This document shows positions 49,189-58,270 of a DNA stretch of 64,000 bases, piece after piece. Each line of letters opens with the position of its first letter. Position 1 is the first letter of the stretch. Made by a program: the position numbers and the translations under genes. The notes under the pieces were generated by a model. That model was not told where the DNA came from, made no database searches, and worked only from the letters and a program-made list of their open reading frames with translations. This DNA is from a virus, in the IMG/VR virus record IMGVR_UViG_3300025117_000005, positions 12,275-76,274 of that record; one strand, given 5' to 3'.

Positions 49189-51165
49189 ATGCTGGAAATT
49201 AAGCTCAACAAACTATCCCTACGTGATTTCCAGGGAGGAACCATCAATCTGAATTTGGGTGGTAATGACGCCTCTATCTTTGCCGCCAACGCGGGGGGGA
49301 AGACGCGCCTCGTGTCGGCCTTTTCGTGGTTGCTTTTTAATAAAGACGCTCTTGGCCGCTCCGCTTTTGAAATTAAAAACCTTGACGCACAGGGCGAGGC
49401 TGCGCACGGCCTTGAGCACTCTGTTGAGGCTGACCTCGATGTAAACGGCCAGATTGTAAACCTAAAAAAGGTATATCAGGAGAAGTGGCAAAAGAAACGT
49501 GGGAGCGCGAACAAGGATTTTACGGGGCATACCACAAACTTCTACATCGATGGAGTACCCACGCAGGAAAAGGACTACGTTTCCCGGATCTCGGAGATTG
49601 CCGGGGATGAATCCCGGTTCAGGCTTTTGACCTCTCCCACGACGTTTCCTGCCCTCCACTGGAAAAACCAGAGGGCGCTTTTGCTCGACATCTGCGGTGA
49701 CATCACGGACCAGGACGTCATGCTCTCAAACGAAAAACTCTCCGGTCTGACCGCTATCCTCGGAAAACATACCCTTGATGACCACCGGAGGGTTGTCGCC
49801 GCCCGCCGTTCGGAAATCAATAAGGCCATGGAGCAACTGCCTGTCAGGATAGACGAAGTGCGCCGTGGCATCCCGGATGTGACCGGGATTGACCGAAAGA
49901 AAGCCGAGCAGGAAGCGCAACACTTCGAAACTGCCCTGAATGATGCAAAATTGAGGCTCCAGGGCATTAATACCGGGGGGAGCATAGCAACCCTCACGAC
50001 AACACTCTCAGGGCTCAACGCGGACCTGCGGAAGATGGAGGACGCCCACAGGTCCGGCTCTCTGTCTACCCTAAACAGGCTGAATCAGCAGATCTCTGAA
50101 TTGGAGGCAAAAGTCACCGCGTCCCGCCGGCGAGTCGAAGTCATCAATGGGGAGTTAAAGTGGAAAGATGGACAGGTCCAGGGGATGGACGCCGATCTCT
50201 CGGGACTGCGTGAAAAATGGGCTCTCGTTGATGCCGACGCCTTCAAAGACACGACGATCGACACGTGTGCGGCCTGCGGGCAGGCCCTGCCCTCTGATCG
50301 TGTCCAGGAAGCCAGAGAGAAGGCCATGTCCGCATTTAATCAGGGTAAGGCTGACCGTCTGGGAGATATCCAACAGAAAGGGAAGACCCTCCGGGAACAG
50401 AAAGACAGGCTTGAGACCGATCGGAAAGCTCTTAAAGACGAACTCGGGGGATTGGTTCTTAGGCTACCCAACGAAGAAAGCGAACTAAAACGATTGACAG
50501 AGGACCGCGACGCTCTGAAACGCAACTCAGAAGACTTCGCAGGGGTTCATGGAAGGTCTGACCTTCTGGCTCAGATTGCGGAGGCCGAAGCCGAGATCAG
50601 GACTGAGCGGGATGGCAAGTCGCAAGACATCGAGGCAATCAACGGAGAGATCCGTGGGCTCCAGACTGCACTCTCCACCGCGAAAGGGAATGTGAATCTC
50701 TTCACCCGCCGGGAACAGGGAGAAAAGCGCATAGAGGAATTGAAAGTAGACGAGAAAAAACTGGCCGCAGAGTTTGAAAAACTGGAAGGAGAAATCTATT
50801 GGATGGAGCAGTTCATCAAGACGAAGGTTGCCCTTCTCACCGACAGGATCAACGGGAAATTCGAAACGGTGAGGTTCAAACTGTTTAACCAGTTGGTAAA
50901 TGGAGGTATCGAGGACTGCTGTGAAATCACTGTGGGAGGCATTGGGTTCAACTCTGGATTGAATAATGCTGCCAGGATCAATGCAGGCCTCGAAATCGTG
51001 AAAGTTCTGCAACAGCACGATCAGATTAAAGCACCAGTCTTCGCCGATAATGCTGAGGCCGTGAATAACCTGGTGGATGTTGGATGCCAGATGATCAGGC
51101 TCTATGTATCGGAGGATAAGCAGCTACGGATTGAGGTTGCAACAAAAGAGAGGCTGGCAGCATAA
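49189..51165 (+). CDS. SMC/Rad50-like coiled-coil ATPase
   Basis: NAGGKT Walker A, central CAACGQ hook, FADNAE Walker B; SD AGGAGG before ATG 49189. Confidence 0.88.
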   Translation: MLEIKLNKLSLRDFQGGTINLNLGGNDASIFAANAGGKTRLVSAFSWLLFNKDALGRSAFEIKNLDAQGEAAHGLEHSVEADLDVNGQIVNLKKVYQEKWQKKRGSANKDFTGHTTNFYIDGVPTQEKDYVSRISEIAGDESRFRLLTSPTTFPALHWKNQRALLLDICGDITDQDVMLSNEKLSGLTAILGKHTLDDHRRVVAARRSEINKAMEQLPVRIDEVRRGIPDVTGIDRKKAEQEAQHFETALNDAKLRLQGINTGGSIATLTTTLSGLNADLRKMEDAHRSGSLSTLNRLNQQISELEAKVTASRRRVEVINGELKWKDGQVQGMDADLSGLREKWALVDADAFKDTTIDTCAACGQALPSDRVQEAREKAMSAFNQGKADRLGDIQQKGKTLREQKDRLETDRKALKDELGGLVLRLPNEESELKRLTEDRDALKRNSEDFAGVHGRSDLLAQIAEAEAEIRTERDGKSQDIEAINGEIRGLQTALSTAKGNVNLFTRREQGEKRIEELKVDEKKLAAEFEKLEGEIYWMEQFIKTKVALLTDRINGKFETVRFKLFNQLVNGGIEDCCEITVGGIGFNSGLNNAARINAGLEIVKVLQQHDQIKAPVFADNAEAVNNLVDVGCQMIRLYVSEDKQLRIEVATKERLAA

Positions 51166-51169
51166 CAAC

Positions 51170-51349
51170 TGATGGCCTGGCAGGGCAATCGCCCGAACCG
51201 GGGGTGGAAGGTGCCGAGGCAACCCCTGGCCATCAACAGGAATCACGGGGGACCGAGTTGGCACGGAGTTAAAAGGTTAAGACTGATCCGAGGGCCTCTG
51301 GAAAATCATCAGTTGATCACAAGCCCATCTCTGAAAAACTCGGTCCCTC
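51170..51349 (+). ncRNA. Two tandem structured elements upstream of recT
   Basis: TGATGGCC/GGCCATCA closed multiloop (51170-51235); 13-bp stem 51247-51259/51337-51349 with inner GACTGAT/ATCAGTT. Confidence 0.45.
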
Positions 51350-51377
51350 ATATCAAAAACCAAAGGAGGAAACACCC

Positions 51378-52361
51378 ATGGCAACACCGCAAACAGCATT
51401 AAAGAAAATCAGTCAAGAGCCCGCCCCGCTACAGGCTACCAAATCGATTGTTGATATCGTGGCTGATCGGGTCAACCAGTTCATCGCCAGGGGAGAAATG
51501 GATCTCCCGAAGGCATACAGTCCGGACAATGCCCTAAAAAGCGCCTATCTCATTCTTCAGAACACCGTTGACAAGGAAGGCAGAAAGGCCCTCGACGTTT
51601 GCGAACGCTCTTCTATCGCAAACGCCCTCCTGGACATGATCGTCCAGGGACTGAACCCCGGCAAGAAGCAAGTCTATTTCATCGTATACGGAAAGTCCCT
51701 CGTCGCACAGCGCTCCTACTTCGGCTCCATGGCCGTGGCCGAGATGGTCAACCCGGCAATCAAGGATTGGGGTTACAACGTGGTTTATGAAGGCGATACC
51801 TTCAAGTACGGGATCCTCAACGGCAAGGCATCTGTTGTTGAACACACCCAGGACATCGGGAACGTGGACAAGGTTAAAATCATAGCGGCCTACGCCATGG
51901 CCCTGGACAAAGACGGAAAGCCCATCAAAACCGAGATCATGACGATCGATGAGATTCACCAGGCTTGGAAGCAGAGCAAGATGAACCCGATCGATGACAA
52001 GGGCAACGTGAAGGAGAGCAGCACCCACGGAAAATTCACCCGCGACATGGCTCTAAAAACAGTGATCAACAAGACGGTCAAGTTCATCATCAACGCCTCC
52101 TCTGACAACGCATTGCTGTTGGAGCGGATCAACCGGGCAGAGGATTTGGCCGATGCCGTGGGGGTCCAGGCGAGCATAGATGACAAAGCGAACACCGGGA
52201 CCGTGATCATGATACCAGAAGAGACCATGAAGGAACTGAAGGCAGAAGAGACAAAACCCGCGCCGGAGGGCGAGGGATTACCAACCCCTGAAGAAGAGGC
52301 CGCCATGCTCAAATCAAAGGGGATGGTCGCAGGAGATCAGAGAAGGCAGCCGGGGTTTTGA
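51378..52361 (+). CDS. recT: RecT-family ssDNA annealing protein
   Basis: SIANALLDMIVQGLNPGKKQVYFIVYG...QRSYFG...MALKTVIN. Confidence 0.9.
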   Translation: MATPQTALKKISQEPAPLQATKSIVDIVADRVNQFIARGEMDLPKAYSPDNALKSAYLILQNTVDKEGRKALDVCERSSIANALLDMIVQGLNPGKKQVYFIVYGKSLVAQRSYFGSMAVAEMVNPAIKDWGYNVVYEGDTFKYGILNGKASVVEHTQDIGNVDKVKIIAAYAMALDKDGKPIKTEIMTIDEIHQAWKQSKMNPIDDKGNVKESSTHGKFTRDMALKTVINKTVKFIINASSDNALLLERINRAEDLADAVGVQASIDDKANTGTVIMIPEETMKELKAEETKPAPEGEGLPTPEEEAAMLKSKGMVAGDQRRQPGF

Positions 52362-52372
52362 GGGGCGAATCC

Positions 52373-53077
52373 ATGATTAACTTCCATTCCTACGCTTCTG
52401 GCAGTTCAGGCAACCTTTATACCGTCACGGATGGCCGCACGATGATCATGCTGGACTGCGGCATCCCGTGGAGGAAAGCGAGAGAGCTTCTTCAATACAA
52501 AACTTCCGGGATATCCGGGGTGCTTTGCTCACATTTTCATGGAGATCACAGTAAAAGCCTGAAAGATGCTGCACGGGCGGGAATTGATATCTTTGCTTCG
52601 AAAGAAACCTTTTCCGAGTTGGGTCTTTCGGGCCATAGATTAAATGAAATCGAAGACGGAAGGCAGTGCGAAATAGGAACCTGGAAAATATCACCCTTCA
52701 AAACAATCCACGACGTTGAGGGTTCGCTCGGATTTTACATGGTGAATCTGGAGCGAGAGGCTTTTCTTTATCTGACCGATTCGGCCTATTCGCCCGTCAG
52801 GTTCGCCAATCTGAGCGTGATTGCCATCGAGTGCAATTTCCAGGCTGAAATTCTCACGGCAAATATACTCAGCGGCGCTCTGCCGTCAGTTGTGGGGAGA
52901 AGGGTCCGACGGGCGCATTTCAGCCTTGAGAACGTAATTGCCTTTCTGAAGGCGAATGACCTGAGCCAATGCAGACAGATTTTTTTGATGCACCTGAGCG
53001 ACGGAAACAGTGACGAACGAAGAATGAAAGAAGAGGTACAGGCAGCAACTGGAATCCCCGTGGAGGTCTGCGCTTAA
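52373..53077 (+). CDS. Metallo-beta-lactamase-fold nuclease
   Basis: ASGSSGN, SHFHGDH, HD, TDS, HLSD.NS. Confidence 0.9.
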   Translation: MINFHSYASGSSGNLYTVTDGRTMIMLDCGIPWRKARELLQYKTSGISGVLCSHFHGDHSKSLKDAARAGIDIFASKETFSELGLSGHRLNEIEDGRQCEIGTWKISPFKTIHDVEGSLGFYMVNLEREAFLYLTDSAYSPVRFANLSVIAIECNFQAEILTANILSGALPSVVGRRVRRAHFSLENVIAFLKANDLSQCRQIFLMHLSDGNSDERRMKEEVQAATGIPVEVCA

Positions 53078-53117
53078 CACCTTGTTTGCATATTGCAGTC
53101 CAGAAAGGATGACCACA

Positions 53118-53456
53118 ATGAAAGTGACGCTTAGAGATATGCGAAGCTTGAAAGATGGCACGATGACCACGACGCTCATCGTACCCCAGGAAGATGAAGA
53201 CGATTTCTATTTCATCAGGAAAGCCGCCAGGCAGGGGAAGCAGGTCGAACTGGTGATCGTGGAAGAACTTACGAAGGGACCAGAGATTTCCCCCGCCGAC
53301 CAGCTTTTGCGTGCCCTGAAACCGACGATAGAGGATTTCTTAGCCGCGAGGCAGGCCACGCCAGACCCCGAAGTCGAGGACAAAACCATCGGGTTATTCA
53401 GTCAGGTCGCAACCCGTGAGGGCACAATACCTGTCGGATCGGCGGAATCGGCATGA
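53118..53456 (+). CDS. Hypothetical protein
   Basis: SD plus ATG. Confidence 0.55.
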   Translation: MKVTLRDMRSLKDGTMTTTLIVPQEDEDDFYFIRKAARQGKQVELVIVEELTKGPEISPADQLLRALKPTIEDFLAARQATPDPEVEDKTIGLFSQVATREGTIPVGSAESA

Positions 53457-53692
53457 CTGGCTGCGGTGAAGAAAGGGAAGTAATTAAGTTGATTGAAGTT
53501 TGAGCCGTTCCCAGTGGCATTGAATGTTATGCCGTTGAAGAAAGACCAACGGTGTTGCTTACCCCTGAAGATGCTCTACAACTTATGAAGGACATCGAAC
53601 ACGCTGTCTTTGACTACGTGAAACTGACAGGGAACAAGATTGGTCACAAGAACCCAGAGACCAAGGAGGAATCAGATGCCACCAAAGGATGA
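53453..53692 (+). pseudogene. Short ORF interrupted by an in-frame TGA
   Basis: ATGA-coupled start, TGA at 53501-53503, frame then open to 53692. Confidence 0.45.
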
Positions 53693-54257
53693 CCACCAGG
53701 TCTTGAACACGTCCGACGAGGCCGCTCACTTTGTTACCAACATTTCCGGATGGGTTTCGAGACACGGACGATTCTACGGAACGGACGAGCGCCTTGCAAG
53801 GTGGGACGGAGCTACCCATGTAGCGTGCGAGGTGTGCGGCATCCCTGTTACGAAGAGTTGGCTGAAGTGTGACGGGTGTATTGAGAAGGCAGACAAGGCG
53901 AAATACGCCGCTCTTCCCAGGAAGCCATGGAACGGCGAACCACTGTATTCGGAAGTAGCCGACGAATACTTCTTTTGTGAATCCGACCTCTCGGAATACC
54001 TGGAGGATCATGAGGCAACCATTGAAGATCTCCGACTTTTAATCTGCGAGCCAGAATATGCTACGGAGATAGATCCAGACGACTATTACAATGACCACCT
54101 GCCAGAAGACCGGGAGGTCGATGCGGTCTTGAAAGAAGCGTTCGAAGCGTTAAACAAGGTGATCCGGGAACACAAGGTTCCCTTGTCATGGCATCCCGGC
54201 AAGTATGCCGTGCAATTTTATCATGGAGGAGGGATAGTCACCCATGATCACACATGA
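53676..54257 (+). CDS. Conserved phage hypothetical protein (zinc ribbon, acidic)
   Basis: GWVSRHGRFYG.DE..ARW.GATH..C..CG. Confidence 0.75.
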   Translation: MPPKDDHQVLNTSDEAAHFVTNISGWVSRHGRFYGTDERLARWDGATHVACEVCGIPVTKSWLKCDGCIEKADKAKYAALPRKPWNGEPLYSEVADEYFFCESDLSEYLEDHEATIEDLRLLICEPEYATEIDPDDYYNDHLPEDREVDAVLKEAFEALNKVIREHKVPLSWHPGKYAVQFYHGGGIVTHDHT

Positions 54258-54477
54258 ACCGATAGTCGAACGATGTTGGGGCTGTTCCAGAATCATAATG
54301 GGCGCACAACCGAATACCGGGTGTTGTTCTGCCTACTTCACTCCGGCCGCGCAGTGGAGGAACGGAAGGAAGTGCGCACTCGCAACACACCTGGAAAGGA
54401 AGGTCCAGGAAGAACAGAAGATAGACCCCCTCAAGAGATCAAAGCAGATCGCCCGAGGGAAGAGAGGGAAGAAATAG
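54244..54477 (+). CDS. PxxKW-family cysteine-rich protein
   Basis: PIVERCWGC.RI...C.AY..PAAQW..G..C.LATH...IDPLKRSK. Confidence 0.75.
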   Translation: MITHEPIVERCWGCSRIIMGAQPNTGCCSAYFTPAAQWRNGRKCALATHLERKVQEEQKIDPLKRSKQIARGKRGKK

Positions 54478-54482
54478 AAAGG

Positions 54483-54599
54483 GATTGGGATGGGTGATGG
54501 CGTAATTGGCAAACGCAGTCTACCGCCAGCAATGGCCACGGGCGTTCCGTATCTCGAACACGGAAGTGCCGGTTCGAATCCTGCTCACCCATCTCAATC
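54483..54599 (+). ncRNA. tRNA-like RNA without canonical anticodon arm or CCA
   Basis: Acceptor TGGGTGA/TCACCCA extended to 15 bp; D arm GCGT-AATTGGCAA-ACGC; T arm GCCGG-TTCGAAT-CCTGC; 50-nt middle with two hairpins. Confidence 0.7.
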
Positions 54600-54620
54600 T
54601 GACCGGAAAGGAGACCCATT

Positions 54621-54803
54621 ATGCCTGGAGTAGGTGATAGTTGGGCAAGAAGAGGAATATGTTTAGGGAATTTCCGTTTAAGAGATAGTTTGGAAGATAA
54701 AAGAGCAAGACGAAAAGCAAGAAGCAAAGTTCATACAGAGATGGAGCAGGAAGCAGAGAACAAAGCGGATAGAAAAGAAACTCGAAAAAGCAGAAAACGG
54801 TAG
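54621..54803 (+). CDS. Small, very basic protein flanked by 13-bp direct repeats
   Basis: SD AAGGAG; Arg/Lys-rich; CCCATCTCAATCT at 54588 and 54825. Confidence 0.5.
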   Translation: MPGVGDSWARRGICLGNFRLRDSLEDKRARRKARSKVHTEMEQEAENKADRKETRKSRKR

Positions 54804-55085
54804 ATCAACCTGGGAGGGGGATCGCCCATCTCAATCTAACCCGAACCGGAGGAGGTTGATGGCAAACTTTAATCGGATAAAGCGTGACTACACTATGATT
54901 ACTAAACTAGGAGGGCTTTATTTCCCTCAGTTAATTGTTGGGGTTCAAGGTTTCTCCATCGCAGAGTGTGACACATGCAAAGAGGCCGTCTGGTGGAGGA
55001 ATCAACTGGTAAAGGCGTTAAAACGAATGATTGATAACGAGTCATAACCGGGGTCGGTGCGAGGCCCCTTAGTTTGAGGAGTAGC

Positions 55086-55412
55086 ATGAAAAGGATACCT
55101 ACTATAATCTGTCTTTGTGGTTCAACACGGTTTACGGCTGATATGCTGATTAAGCAATGGGAACTTACGAAGCAAGGGTTCATCGTCCTGAGTTGGTGTG
55201 CCCTTCCTGATTCCTATTATATCGGGCAAGATAAATCCCACATAGGAGATCAGGAGGGCGTGAAAGAGATCGTGGATGAGGTCCATAAGCGTAAGATTGA
55301 TATTTCCGATGAGGTTCTTGTCTTGAACATTGGTGGATATATTGGGAATTCAACCAGGAGTGAGATTGATTATGCGCTTGCTCATGGGAAGATTGTTAAA
55401 TATGTCGAGTAA
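55086..55412 (+). CDS. DUF4406-like / nucleoside deoxyribosyltransferase-like protein
   Basis: ICLCGSTRF...HKRKIDISDEVLVLN.GGYIG.STRSEIDYA. Confidence 0.8.
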   Translation: MKRIPTIICLCGSTRFTADMLIKQWELTKQGFIVLSWCALPDSYYIGQDKSHIGDQEGVKEIVDEVHKRKIDISDEVLVLNIGGYIGNSTRSEIDYALAHGKIVKYVE

Positions 55413-55867
55413 CCAGAACTGGAGAGGGAATCAATGAGTTACTGGGTCTATTATAGCGTCGAACAATATTCCTGGATCTTGGTTGAGAAATGCGAAACGG
55501 TTACAGATAGCAGTTAATAACCCAACCGGGGAGGGGATCGCCTCTCCCCGATGAGGAGGGAATAGATGGACGGAAATCTTTGCCATGATTGTGGTCTTGA
55601 CAGAATCATACAAAGAAAGGGAAACGATGGTCAGAAAAGAACGAGAATATGTTGTGGAAAGACCTATCTGGGGGACACAGACCTTGACCGTAATAGCAAG
55701 GTCTAAAAAGGAAGCGTTGCAAAAGGTGGATTTGTTTGAAGGAAAAGGGATTGACTTTCAAATCCACCATTACGGTAAGGCCAGGGATGCTTTCACAAAA
55801 GATAACGTCTACCCCGACCCCGAGAAGTGAAGCCCGTCGGTGAACGAACGACAGATAACAAACAAGG

Positions 55868-55975
55868 TTTCAGGGGAGAGCAAATAGTGGGTCATCCCCG
55901 TCAAGGGATACTACCACATTTCGTCATCGCCCGATAGTAGACGAGGAAACTGCTATCGGGTGCTCTCCCCTGAAA
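55868..55975 (+). ncRNA. Three-way-junction structured element
   Basis: Perfect 15-bp IR TTTCAGGGGAGAGCA/TGCTCTCCCCTGAAA enclosing two hairpins. Confidence 0.6.
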
Positions 55976-55996
55976 TTCATTAAGAGGGGGTAAATC

Positions 55997-56227
55997 ATGG
56001 CATGGCATAATGTGACTATCGATCAAATATGTTCAGTTCCCTATCAGTTGACACTCGCATCCGAGATCAACCGGTATAACCAATTCAAGAAAATATTTTG
56101 CATCATCGACGTACACAAACAGCAAATGTACTTCGAAGTAGCCTGGGGCACGCGGAGACATAAAAAAGCGATGATACACCCTACCCTGACGGAAGCTGTG
56201 GAAGCATATAACGCCATACAGGAGTGA
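55997..56227 (+). CDS. Hypothetical protein
   Basis: SD plus ATG. Confidence 0.6.
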   Translation: MAWHNVTIDQICSVPYQLTLASEINRYNQFKKIFCIIDVHKQQMYFEVAWGTRRHKKAMIHPTLTEAVEAYNAIQE

Positions 56228-56230
56228 ACC

Positions 56231-56479
56231 ATGGTCAACAGCCAATACCTTGATTTCACATGGGCATCCAACAAGGGCAAGACGGCCGTGTTTTACGTGA
56301 GGTCGAAAAGCAGCGACAGCCTGCTTGCCACAATCCAATGGTACGGCCCATGGCGGCAGTATTGCTTCTACCCTGCGGCAAACACCATCTGGAACCCCGG
56401 CTGCCTGAACGACGTGTGTGCGTTTATCAAGGAGAAGATGGAGGAAAGGAGACATGCCACTTCAGAAAACCAAGGGTAA
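56231..56479 (+). CDS. Conserved phage hypothetical protein
   Basis: GKT.V..V.SK....LL..I.WY.PWRQYCF.P....CL.D. Confidence 0.7.
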   Translation: MVNSQYLDFTWASNKGKTAVFYVRSKSSDSLLATIQWYGPWRQYCFYPAANTIWNPGCLNDVCAFIKEKMEERRHATSENQG

Positions 56480-57155
56480 CATGTATGCATGGGTGTCACA
56501 CACCCATGCCCATCTCGGCGGGGAGTGCCCTCATGAGTGCGTCTACTGTTATGTTGAGAATCCACGGTTCGGACGCCCGGAAAGGTACAGGGGACCCCTC
56601 CGATTGATCGAAGAAGAATTTTCCGTGAGGTACGGCGCAGGCAAGGTTATCTTCATCGAACACTGTAATGACCTATTTGCAGACCAAGTGCCACAGGAAT
56701 TTATCGCTCGAATCTTATCTCATTGTCTGCAATATCCCACCAACGTCTACGTGTTCCAGAGTAAGGCCCCATACCGCTTTCTCACGATAGCAGATGCCTG
56801 GCCATCCCTGACTATTTTAGGCACCACCATTGAAACCAATAGGGATATTCCGGGTATCAGTAATGCCCCCACGGTACTTTCCCGCCTAAGAGCAATGGAG
56901 GCTATAAACAGGCGGCGATTCAAGACCTTCATCACCATCGAACCCGTACTCGACTTTGACGTAGCCATTCTCGCATCCTGGATTGACCGGATAAGACCGG
57001 ATTTCCTGAATCTTGGGGCAGACAGTAAAGGACATGGCCTACCGGAACCTACCATTGACAAGATCGAATCTTTGGTAGGCAAGCTCAAGGAGTACGGGAT
57101 TGAACTCAGGGAGAAACATAATCTGCAACGGTTAAGGAAAGGAGTATTGACGTGA
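56454..57155 (+). CDS. Radical-SAM-like phage protein (DUF5131/Gp37-Gp68-like)
   Basis: CPHECVYCY, DLFA..VP, LGTTIETN, TIEP. Confidence 0.8.
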   Translation: MPLQKTKGNMYAWVSHTHAHLGGECPHECVYCYVENPRFGRPERYRGPLRLIEEEFSVRYGAGKVIFIEHCNDLFADQVPQEFIARILSHCLQYPTNVYVFQSKAPYRFLTIADAWPSLTILGTTIETNRDIPGISNAPTVLSRLRAMEAINRRRFKTFITIEPVLDFDVAILASWIDRIRPDFLNLGADSKGHGLPEPTIDKIESLVGKLKEYGIELREKHNLQRLRKGVLT

Positions 57156-57484
57156 AAAAACTCTTACTCAGGTGGTTCGTTCAGACCGCAATCATCATCA
57201 GCATTATCATCATCGGCATGATCTACGGATGGGGACTGGAACCCAAAAGCTGGTTATGGGTCATCGTGGCTTACTGGGCCGCGAACGGGCTCATCCCGTC
57301 CATGAGTTACCTAAATTACACCATAGAGAAGAGATGGGGCAAGAAGGATCCTGTGAAGGAAGATTTGCGGGAGATGGGCCAGGGAATTGAGTCCATTGAT
57401 GCCGTGGTTGCCATGGCGTACAGGAGGAACGGTTTGCTGTGGCAGGTCATACACGAAGACATTCATCGTACCCGCAACAAATAA
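57152..57484 (+). CDS. Two-TM membrane protein
   Basis: Two hydrophobic segments, GLEPKSWLWVI. Confidence 0.6.
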   Translation: MKKLLLRWFVQTAIIISIIIIGMIYGWGLEPKSWLWVIVAYWAANGLIPSMSYLNYTIEKRWGKKDPVKEDLREMGQGIESIDAVVAMAYRRNGLLWQVIHEDIHRTRNK

Positions 57485-57499
57485 GCGAAGGAGGTTGGT

Positions 57500-57838
57500 A
57501 TGCCTCGTAATATGTCTTTCTCCCTAACAACAGGTCAGATAAGGACCCGCTCAAAAACTGTAACCCGCCGCCTTGGATGGTGGGACATTCTGCCGGGAGA
57601 GATTGTGAACGCTTGCGTAAAATGCCAAGGGCTCAAAAAGGGAGAAAGGATTGATGTGCTTGGGCAGATCCGTATTCTTTCCACTCGGATGGAACCATTG
57701 GACTACATCACGGCACAGGATTTGATTCGTGAGGGTTTTCCAGACAGTACATGCGCTGATTTCATCAACATGTTCATAAAGGCCAATCGGTGTGGTCCGA
57801 AAACCACAGTTAATCGTATCGAGTTCGAATACATTTAG
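57500..57838 (+). CDS. ASCH-domain protein
   Basis: MSFSLT..QI..RSKTVTRRLGW...EGF...RIEFEY. Confidence 0.85.
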   Translation: MPRNMSFSLTTGQIRTRSKTVTRRLGWWDILPGEIVNACVKCQGLKKGERIDVLGQIRILSTRMEPLDYITAQDLIREGFPDSTCADFINMFIKANRCGPKTTVNRIEFEYI

Positions 57839-58053
57839 TGTGCAGGGGGTTTGTCTATGAGCACCATTTTTATGGATGTCAATGCTTATGTGGGTGCAGA
57901 CATCCAAGATGTAGCAGAGGATGCCTGCCGTTTGTCACATCAAACTGGCATTGATATTTGGTTCGACTTTCACGGGGTCAGGCTGTTGGCAAACCCAGGC
58001 AGGTTAGCATCTAATATCGTGGATGAATACCACGGAAAATTGGAGGGCAAGAT

Positions 58054-58260
58054 ATGAAAATCTCTCTCATCAATCAGGCAGCACGTAAGGCTACGGAATT
58101 TGTAGAGGCAGCGGCAGCTACCATCGTGAGAGCACGGAAGGAAAAACCAGTCGGAAACGTCTCGGACTGGCAGGAGATCAATTACACGAAGGAGACGGCG
58201 GCGCTCAGGAGGGTGAGCATGGATTTGACGCGCATCCTTGCGCAATTACGGAAACCATAA
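58054..58260 (+). CDS. Hypothetical protein
   Basis: KETAALRR.SMDLTR.LA.LRK. Confidence 0.65.
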   Translation: MKISLINQAARKATEFVEAAAATIVRARKEKPVGNVSDWQEINYTKETAALRRVSMDLTRILAQLRKP

Positions 58261-58270
58261 GGAGGGTGTC

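Noticed and set aside
55905-55935. Hammerhead ribozyme on minus strand (CGATGACGAAA)
   Set aside because: Lacks CUGANGA and stem II.
55868-55975. Retron msr-msd or DGR element
   Set aside because: No reverse transcriptase and no TR/VR pair seen in the window; the unseen part of the genome cannot be excluded.
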